Below are positions 24,121 to 31,540 of a stretch of 64,000 nucleotides of DNA, one piece after another. Source of the stretch: Andalucia godoyi And28 (taxonomy: Eukaryota > Protista > Jakobida); NCBI GenBank assembly GCA_009859145.1, contig VRVR01000043.1:191185-255184 (forward strand), written 5' to 3'. Below the pieces are notes generated by a model. That model worked only from the letters and a program-made list of their open reading frames with translations. It did not search any database and had not been told where the DNA came from. Each line of letters begins with the position of its first letter. Position 1 is the stretch's first letter. Position numbers and translations under genes: made by a program.

Positions 24121-24434
24121 TCACTCTTTTCCTTCCAGCGCCTTTTTCTGCTTTTCTCGCATGATTGCCGCATCACTACCCTCACCCAATGTCCGCAGTC
24201 CACAGTCCACAGTCCACAGTCCACAGTCCAATGTTCACAGTCCGCGACAAACAGGTTAAACCGTTAATAAAGGAAACACGAGCGGTCATAGTAAAAAACA
24301 CGTGTACGCTGCACATACCGTTCTTTGCGCTGGGCCATCGAGAGGCCGCTGTCGTCTGCGCCCTTGGGAGCATTCTTTTCGCGACGGTTCATCGCTCGAG
24401 CGCGGTCAATCTCTCTCTGATTTCCACGCGTCAT
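24121..24434 (-). CDS. SERF: SERF/4F5 small EDRK-rich factor, 56 aa; complement(join(24121..24175,24319..24434))
   Basis: Exon 1 MTRGNQREIDRARAMNRREKNAPKGADDSGLSMAQRKER, donor GTATGT at 24318, acceptor TAG at 24176, exon 2 DAAIMREKQKKALEGKE then TGA. Matches the SERF consensus MTRGNQRE..GLS..RKxRDxxIMxxKQ. Confidence 0.93.
24191..24246 (+). repeat. (GTCCACA)n 7-mer minisatellite inside the SERF intron
   Basis: Four perfect and about four degenerate units. Confidence 0.85.
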
Positions 24435-24693
24435 CTGGTCCTTTCCCTCAACCAAATCAAAAACAAGAATTCATAAGCATAATGCGAGAGGAAAAAAAGA
24501 CGACTAAAAGGAAAACGACGACGGAAACAAAATCCAAGAAATGAAAACAGTCGAGCGCAGTCGAGTCTTCCGTCTCCCATCCTCTGGCATCCAGCATCAA
24601 CCAACGGGCAGCGGATCGGCTTTCTCCTCAACTGAAAAAATCATCGAGTATGGATGCTGTTCTATGTCCCGCTTATTAAAACATAGATCATTA

Positions 24694-24905
24694 ATTGATC
24701 ATCGGCTAAGGTGTCGTCGACGACAGATCCAAGCCACGTGTTTTATTAATTGCGGGGGGCGAGCACCACTTCTTCTTCTTGCTCTCGGCCTCCGACGAGC
24801 GGGTCGGGCATGGCCGGTTTGAGTTTGTTGGGAAGACCCCTCTTTGGAGCCATGAGATGTTTTTCGTCTTTGTCTCTGACGAGGTGCTGCTTGAGGGGTT
24901 CGATT
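24694..24905. repeat. Dispersed repeat family A, copy 1 (structured element of unknown type)
   Basis: Shares CCAAGCCACGTGTTTT(T)ATTAATT and a core of about 100 nt (CTTCTTCTTCTTGCTCTCGGCCTCCGACGAG..GGGTCGGGCATGGCCGGTTTG..GGGAAGA) with 43450-43717. Confidence 0.9.
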
Positions 24906-25011
24906 AAAAATATAGTTAATAAAATAAATAATAATTAGTTTAAAATTAAAATAAAAAACCGAAAAGAACAGAAAGATTAAAAGTACCCGTTGGATTAGAT
25001 CAACAGACTTG

Positions 25012-25195
25012 CGCCTACATTGCACACGAACCCCGGATAATCATCGCTGATCACCCATAATCAATGTTGCAACCCAGCAACATGCATAATGCAACGCGGC
25101 GGCGTGTTTATAGGGATGTCATGATCAAAATGGGGGCGAAACGAATCAGGCATCGTGTGACGGAGTTGCTGAAGCAATAAGTGGCAACGGTGAGA
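25012..25195 (-). mobile_element. Probable internally deleted mini-copy of the Fanzor-associated element
   Basis: Minus strand begins TCTCACCGTTG (compare TCTCACC..GAACCGTTG at 35239) and ends GTTCGTGTGCAATGTAGGCG. It shares CAATGTAGGCG exactly, and GCATTATGYATG and GTGATCA, with the tail at 60407-60460. Confidence 0.55.
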
Positions 25196-25547
25196 TATTG
25201 CTTCGATGCTTTTCATCGAGAAAACGGCCAACCGTACTCGTCTGCTTCTTCCCAGTTCGCAACCATCCTTCCCTCCTCTTCTTCATCTTGTCTCTTCTTT
25301 TTGCATGTTGTTTTCATCATTGCAGGAGTATTGCAATTCGGACTGATCGTTTCTATTAACATTGCTATATTATTATTGGGAGTTGGGGTTTTTTTTGGGG
25401 GGGGTTGATTTTTGTTTTTGGGAAAGGGTACTAGGGGTTTCTTGTTCCTATCTGCACATACACATACACATACACATACACATACCGACACCTGGACGTA
25501 CGGAGTGTTGTGAAAGGTGCGATTAGAAGGTTAAGAGTAGGGGAAGT

Positions 25548-28500
25548 ATGGAGTCGTCAGATCGTCGGTCGTGGCGAGTTCTTCCTTCGCCGGATACTGC
25601 GCGGCCTGGAATCTATCCATTGCCAGAGCCGCCGCTGCTTGCTCGGAGACCGACAAAGATTGAAGCTGTGAAGAATCCGCTTTTCCCGCCTGCCTTTCCG
25701 CTGAATGAGCCGCAGCCACAGAGCCCGTCAAGAAGAGGCGGAGGAACGGGCGGAGGAACTGGTGCCGGTGGTGCACTGGATCCGCTGTCTTCCACTGCGT
25801 TTGGGGACTCGCGGAACCTGGACCGCTTCTTGAATGAGGAGCGCCGCAAGAGCAGGATCGTGTACTGGGTCATGGGAATCCACATTCTGATCCTGTGGGC
25901 CGTGGTTGCGCTGCTCTTGTACAACACGACGAAGCTGCAGCAGCTGGCTGGAGAGTCAAATTATGATGTGGCCAAGGTGTCTGCGAACTCGGTGAGCGCA
26001 AATTCGCTGCTGGTCTCTTCGAATGGGCCCCAGCAGGTCTCTGTGGAGTCGAAAAACGCAGCAGCTTCACTAGCGGTAAAGTCACACGCGGGAACGGCAT
26101 CCCTTGTGCTGGAGGACAGCACGTCGCCCGTGTCCATTGCGTCGGCGAACGGCGTGCTGGTTGTCCAATCGGGAACCCAGCCCGCAATGAAGGTCTCTGC
26201 CTCAGGAAGCAGTTTCAATGGTAGCGTTTCAACGTCGTCGCTGATGGCGAACACCATTAATCTTTCTGCAGGCGAAGCCACGACATTTTCGTTCTCAAGC
26301 GCACGTCATTCATTCGATCGCATTGCAGCAAGGATCGCAGTCGACACGCAGCATTCTCTGTCGTTCAGCCCGACCGAAGGCTTCTCTTTGAGCAAGGGCA
26401 GCGATGCCATGCTGCAAATCCGCGACAGCATAGTGTTGCGATCTGCGTTGGGCGCGGTTGTGAACATCAACAATGTGCGATTTGACAATCAGACAATCAG
26501 CATGCCTGGTCTGCTGCTGTCAAACAGCGGCATCGCGGCGAGCAATGGATCCTTTGGAATTTCAGTGTCATCTGGAGATGTCACTATTTTCGCCAGTCAG
26601 GGTAGGATTTTAGCACAAAGCGATCTTGTCGTTGCAGCGGGCGGACACGTATTCGCTTCGAATGTGCATTCTTTGCCGTCGGAAGACCTTCGGATTCACT
26701 CACACACAGGGCTCATGACCATCAATACTTCAAGGCTTGTTATTGGTCCTGCAGATGCGGTCAACGTGTCTGTTACAGGAAAAGTTCAGGTTGCCGCTGG
26801 AGATGGCACGCCTGGCTCCTCGGCAACAGGGTTCGGGGCCGGAGGAGATGGATCCAAGGGAGGGGACATAACGCTTCGTGCTGGTACGGGGGGTGCTGGA
26901 GGTTCCTCTGGAGGCTTTTCTGGTGCGGGGGGAGACGGAGGTGCGGGCGGAAATGTCTTCCTCGTACCGGGCACAGGGGGCGCTGTTGCGGCTGTGGACG
27001 TCCTCCATGCTTCTGCACCCGGCATCGACGGAGAGGTCATCGTATCTCCGTCCTGTGTTTTTTCTGGGACAGGCTGCCCGTCGAGCTCTGCCTCTCGATT
27101 GCGAATCTCCACTCCCACTCCAACCTTGTCATTTGGAGATAAGGGGTCGTCATGGGTCTTCCTCGCCAACAGTTCCACCAGTGGATCCTCATCGTTTCAC
27201 ATGTTTTCAGACGTCTTTGGATGCAATGTGATGAGTTGGGGCTCGTCTTTGCGGAATGGCCTGTCGAACTCCCGCCCTTCCGTGGAAGTAGAACAGGGGA
27301 TTTTCCGCGTTCATCAAGGTGGCCTGGATCACGCAACTATTTCTGTTTCTCCACTGTTCACGAGTTTTACGCTGCTGTCGCAATCCAATAATGCATCTAT
27401 TTCGTTCGCGGATCGGTTTTTCATCTCTGCAGATGGAGATTCGTTGAATATATACTCTTCACAAAACACCAGCAGGAGATTGGAGTTCCTTTCTCCGCGA
27501 CAAGAGCTGGTTTCAACAGGACTCCCGTTGTCATTCGTCGAGTCTGCTAATGGCTCGCTGCAGCAGGTCATAATCAGTTCCCGTACCGTACTCGCCGCGA
27601 ATGGGTCGACAGTGCAGGTTGGCGAGGCGGTTCTGTCATTCTCAAATGGTTTGAACATCCGTTCCAAAGGATCACAAATTCAGTTCAGGGATTCTGCGGA
27701 TGTAATTTCTATATCTGCAAACAGGTATCTTACAGTAGACTCAGTAGAGCCTACAAGATTCCTCGCCGGTGTTGCGTTGTGCACCTCTCCTCCAAACGTC
27801 GATCCGACGTGCACCAATTCCATATTGCTGAACGGTTCGTCGGCTTCCATTTCGTCTTCCTCGCTGTCTCTGGATTTCGCATCTTCCAGCATTACTGCCG
27901 ACAGTCTTCATGGTCGAAGCATTTTGTTCCTCGACTCTTCCAGGGGTGTTTTCGTTGATTCGACCAGACCACTCTCCGGAGTCACAAGTTCAGCTGCTTC
28001 TGGCGTGTTTTCTGATTTGCAGATCTTCTTCTTTAATTCGACAGTGCTCAGTCAGAATGCTTCCATTTACATCAGTCCTGCCGATTCCTTGATCATTTCC
28101 GGGTCTCGAGTGATGAAGATAGGCGCTGTTGTCCTATCCGGACAGACGAATGCGCTGACCGGCCCAGGAATGGTCCTGGATTTTTCTGGAAACTCCTTGA
28201 AGTCCACTTCGGGCAGCGGCCTATCCATCGTGTCCCACAGCTCCTTGCTTTTGTCATCGCTTGCTGCGGACGTTCTCGTGTCTGCCCCCGAGGGCCGACG
28301 AATGTTCCTTCAAGCCGGGGCTCGTGTCGTTGATGGTTCGACCATGGTTTTGAATTTCACGGCGGCGTCCGTGCGATCTTTGGATGTTCTGAATCTGAAT
28401 CCGTATTCGAATGTTGTTGTTCAAGGCTCCTCTGGAGCAACGGTTGTCGTACTGGGAGATGCTTCGATCGCAAGCAACATCCGAATGACGCCCACGTCTG

Positions 28501-31322
28501 TTACGGGCTCCTCGCTACAGATCAAGTTTGCCGACTCGGTCGGCGTACCGGGAACCACAGGCTCCATCAAAGACACTGCGCGGGATCTTCTTCTGAGTTC
28601 TGTGCACAATCGCGTCATTCTCGCAACAGGGACGCAGGGAGTTATGGTGGAGGTGTCTCCGGAGGCTTTCACAGGAAGCGGCGGAACTGCGTCGCCCCTG
28701 ATGTCCACTTCGGTATCCTCATTTTTCTTGGACTTTGGACGCCGAACAGTTGGAACTTCTGTGGGCACAGAGAGTCTCGTGTTGCGTGGAGGCAATGACG
28801 TGCAGATTACGGGATCTAACCGGATTGTCTTCGGTTCCGTTGTGACTGCCCAATCCCTCACGGTTTGTGGGTCATGCGGCGCCTCGTTCGATCAGTCTTT
28901 TATTTCCGGATTGCAGCTGAAGATCGACTTTGTTGGATCGTCGGTGGAGTCTCAGACGGGAGATCTCATCGTGTCTTCTCCTGCAGCTGGAGGCGTGATC
29001 TCTCTGCGATCCAATTCTGGCATTCGCTTGAAGTCGTCAACGGGGTCCACTGGTCTGAACATGCGAGACGAGAATTCCAACCTTGAGATTGATTTCGCGG
29101 CTCGGCAGCTGCGCTCCATGACTGGAGAATTGATCATCAAGGGCGAAGCATCCACTCGCATCATTTCTGGAGACGCTGGACTGTTCCTCGTTCCATTGGG
29201 AACCGGGCCAGCGAAACCGCTGAAGATTACCGCGGGCGCAGCAGATAGCACGCTGTATTACCAACGCCCTGTTGCGTCCTGTGGAAGCGGGATCTTCCCC
29301 ACGCACTTTACCGGGCAAAATGCAGCTGGTGGATGTGCGTCTGCCGGGGGCTCTGTCACTGTTGCTGCTGGATCGGCTTTCCAGGGGGCTGGCGGCGATG
29401 TCTCGGTCATCGCTGGCGACAACACGGCAGCGCCTGGAACGGCCGGGAATGTGTATCTCATTAGTGGGCAAAACATCGGAGGAAACATTGGAGACACGCT
29501 TGTACAGACGCGCCAGATGAATGTGTATTTCAGAGGTGCAGAGTGGAAAGTCCTCAGCGTCGGTACGAGTACTGGAGATGGCGATTTCGTCTACGTTGGT
29601 AATGCGAACTCGACGTATACGTTCGACACAGATGCGTATACGGATGCGATTGTGGCCCGTTCTCGGATGCAGAATCTCATTGCGGCAGAGACCATCACGA
29701 TTTCGAACGAGATTCCCGTATCCCGCAACATTCTGACTTCCATTCAGATTGGACATCCCACGGACATGAACATTTACACGCAGCTGATTTATGCGCGGGC
29801 ATTGCGGTATCGCTTCGTGGATCACAACATGTACACTGGCTTTTTTATGGATCCTGTCAGTATCCTCCTGAACCGTTCCCACACGATTGACCTGTATACC
29901 ACCAACTTGACGGCGAGGTCGGAAGGGTTCCTGGATTTTCAAACGGGGACGCAAGGAGTGCGCATGGGGCCGATCGACACGCTGCGCACTCTGATGGTGG
30001 AAGTTGGATCTGTGAAGGCAGCTGTTGAGATCTACCGCCCGCAGTCAAATGGGGTTCCTGCGACGTACACAAAGCTGATTGGCCAGCATGCATGTTCATT
30101 GTGTGGTGCTGGTGGAGCGGTGTCGATCTATGGAGGTTCTGCCCACAGTGCAAGCAATGCCGATGTGGGTGGTGCGGTGAGTCTGTACGCCGGTGACGGA
30201 CTCTCTGGCAGTTCTGGTGGCGCGATTTCGATCGTTGCCGGGTCGGCTGCGGGTGCTGGGTCTGGTGGTTCGCTGACCATCCAAGCGGGTACTGGTGCTG
30301 CGACGGCTGCGTACGGCGGTATTGATGTTCGCACTCGGTGGTTTGACGTTCGAAAGGTCTCTGAAACGTATTCGCTGTTGCACATTGACACGCACACGGA
30401 CGACACGAATGGCGACTATGTGAATGTCGGAAATTGGGACCTTGGAATCCTGTACTCGGATGCACGGTACACGAACAAGGTGCAAATTCGAGCGACCGAA
30501 TTTAATTCCGAGGTCGGGTCGAAGATGAGCGTGGTTCCAGCACAGACGTCGTCTTCGCAGTTTCTTGTTGGTTCTGCATCGCTCTTTTTCAACACGATTG
30601 AACTGCGCTCCACGCTGACGACGATCTACGACAATGCGAATGTGGCGGCACTGACGATTACGACGACGACCGCAACTCTATTTCGCTCCACAACGCTGGA
30701 TCTGAAGACGTCTGGGGGTGCTGGAACGACGATTAATGTTGGCCAGAGTGGCACACTGACAGAAAATGTGAACCTTCGGGGAACGAACGTCAAGATCTGG
30801 AATGCAGGAACGGCGACCGTGACTGTGCAGCTGAACGGCGACATGCTCATCGATGTTGGTGCCTCGTATGACCTCAAGATCGTCACGGGCGACTTGGATG
30901 TCCAGGCTGGGAAAGTCAAAGAGTATGGCAACAGCATCATGCCTGCCGGCTCCATCATCATGTATCGTGGCTCGTCATGCCCGCCCGGGTTCACTGCCGT
31001 TTCGGAGGCCCGCGATCGTGTTCTTGTCGGTCTTCCAAGCTCGGGATTCAGCGCCGGAGCCTCCATTGGCCCTGGCACAGGCGTCTCCACATCGACCTTC
31101 CAGCTAACCACAACGGCCGGCGCAGCCACCGTCCCCCTTCCCGGCCACGGCCATGGAACCTCCAACTTCTGCTACTCTGCCTCTGGATGCAGTGTCTCGA
31201 GCGCATATACGGGAAGCACCAGCGCCTCCACGCTTACCGTGAACACCTTCAACACCGACTCGAGAAACATCAACGGCATCCTTCCCGGCGTCTACTTCCT
31301 CGTCTGCGAAAAGACCCTGTAA
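25548..31322 (+). CDS. Type II membrane-anchored fibre protein with phage tail-fibre-like repeats and C-terminal tail-collar/HxH tip, 1924 aa
   Basis: Single TM helix near residues 104-125; long Ser/Gly/Thr-rich beta-strand region; GGx(V/I)x(I/L)xAG repeats; C-terminal MPAGSIIMYRGSSCPPGF..RDRVLVG..LPGHGHG..LPGVYFLVCEK resembling phage tail-collar domains. Confidence 0.8.
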   Translation: MESSDRRSWRVLPSPDTARPGIYPLPEPPLLARRPTKIEAVKNPLFPPAFPLNEPQPQSPSRRGGGTGGGTGAGGALDPLSSTAFGDSRNLDRFLNEERRKSRIVYWVMGIHILILWAVVALLLYNTTKLQQLAGESNYDVAKVSANSVSANSLLVSSNGPQQVSVESKNAAASLAVKSHAGTASLVLEDSTSPVSIASANGVLVVQSGTQPAMKVSASGSSFNGSVSTSSLMANTINLSAGEATTFSFSSARHSFDRIAARIAVDTQHSLSFSPTEGFSLSKGSDAMLQIRDSIVLRSALGAVVNINNVRFDNQTISMPGLLLSNSGIAASNGSFGISVSSGDVTIFASQGRILAQSDLVVAAGGHVFASNVHSLPSEDLRIHSHTGLMTINTSRLVIGPADAVNVSVTGKVQVAAGDGTPGSSATGFGAGGDGSKGGDITLRAGTGGAGGSSGGFSGAGGDGGAGGNVFLVPGTGGAVAAVDVLHASAPGIDGEVIVSPSCVFSGTGCPSSSASRLRISTPTPTLSFGDKGSSWVFLANSSTSGSSSFHMFSDVFGCNVMSWGSSLRNGLSNSRPSVEVEQGIFRVHQGGLDHATISVSPLFTSFTLLSQSNNASISFADRFFISADGDSLNIYSSQNTSRRLEFLSPRQELVSTGLPLSFVESANGSLQQVIISSRTVLAANGSTVQVGEAVLSFSNGLNIRSKGSQIQFRDSADVISISANRYLTVDSVEPTRFLAGVALCTSPPNVDPTCTNSILLNGSSASISSSSLSLDFASSSITADSLHGRSILFLDSSRGVFVDSTRPLSGVTSSAASGVFSDLQIFFFNSTVLSQNASIYISPADSLIISGSRVMKIGAVVLSGQTNALTGPGMVLDFSGNSLKSTSGSGLSIVSHSSLLLSSLAADVLVSAPEGRRMFLQAGARVVDGSTMVLNFTAASVRSLDVLNLNPYSNVVVQGSSGATVVVLGDASIASNIRMTPTSVTGSSLQIKFADSVGVPGTTGSIKDTARDLLLSSVHNRVILATGTQGVMVEVSPEAFTGSGGTASPLMSTSVSSFFLDFGRRTVGTSVGTESLVLRGGNDVQITGSNRIVFGSVVTAQSLTVCGSCGASFDQSFISGLQLKIDFVGSSVESQTGDLIVSSPAAGGVISLRSNSGIRLKSSTGSTGLNMRDENSNLEIDFAARQLRSMTGELIIKGEASTRIISGDAGLFLVPLGTGPAKPLKITAGAADSTLYYQRPVASCGSGIFPTHFTGQNAAGGCASAGGSVTVAAGSAFQGAGGDVSVIAGDNTAAPGTAGNVYLISGQNIGGNIGDTLVQTRQMNVYFRGAEWKVLSVGTSTGDGDFVYVGNANSTYTFDTDAYTDAIVARSRMQNLIAAETITISNEIPVSRNILTSIQIGHPTDMNIYTQLIYARALRYRFVDHNMYTGFFMDPVSILLNRSHTIDLYTTNLTARSEGFLDFQTGTQGVRMGPIDTLRTLMVEVGSVKAAVEIYRPQSNGVPATYTKLIGQHACSLCGAGGAVSIYGGSAHSASNADVGGAVSLYAGDGLSGSSGGAISIVAGSAAGAGSGGSLTIQAGTGAATAAYGGIDVRTRWFDVRKVSETYSLLHIDTHTDDTNGDYVNVGNWDLGILYSDARYTNKVQIRATEFNSEVGSKMSVVPAQTSSSQFLVGSASLFFNTIELRSTLTTIYDNANVAALTITTTTATLFRSTTLDLKTSGGAGTTINVGQSGTLTENVNLRGTNVKIWNAGTATVTVQLNGDMLIDVGASYDLKIVTGDLDVQAGKVKEYGNSIMPAGSIIMYRGSSCPPGFTAVSEARDRVLVGLPSSGFSAGASIGPGTGVSTSTFQLTTTAGAATVPLPGHGHGTSNFCYSASGCSVSSAYTGSTSASTLTVNTFNTDSRNINGILPGVYFLVCEKTL

Positions 31323-31540
31323 CCCAAACTGTGCCAACTGTAAAAAGTATATATGTATAAAATTAGCAAAAAAACAATAATAATAAAATGTCGCTTGTCT
31401 CACGTGATGCCACACCTCCCCACCCCGTCCCCCCTGCCACAGGTCCGTCTTGCTTTTGCTTTTGCCTTCTTAAGTGCAGCAATAAAGACAAACCAAAAAG
31501 ACATCAACAAAAAGAAAACGTTGTCGTTCAGTCCGGAAGA

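Noticed and set aside
24780-24845. Family A as 5S rRNA or a 5S-derived SINE (TCTCGG..GGGTCGGGC.TGG..GGGAAGACC)
   Set aside because: The resemblance covers only short GC-rich patches. Box A and the 5S terminal helix are absent, so it is not supportable without an Rfam search.
24780-24860. Family A as an HDV-like or twister ribozyme, or an snRNA
   Set aside because: The nested pseudoknot, catalytic residues, Sm site and U1/U2/U4/U5/U6 signatures could not be fitted.
24830-24860. TGA versus TGC/TGG between family-A copies as selenocysteine
   Set aside because: That plus-strand frame has no ATG in copy 2, there is no redox motif, and no SECIS element was found.
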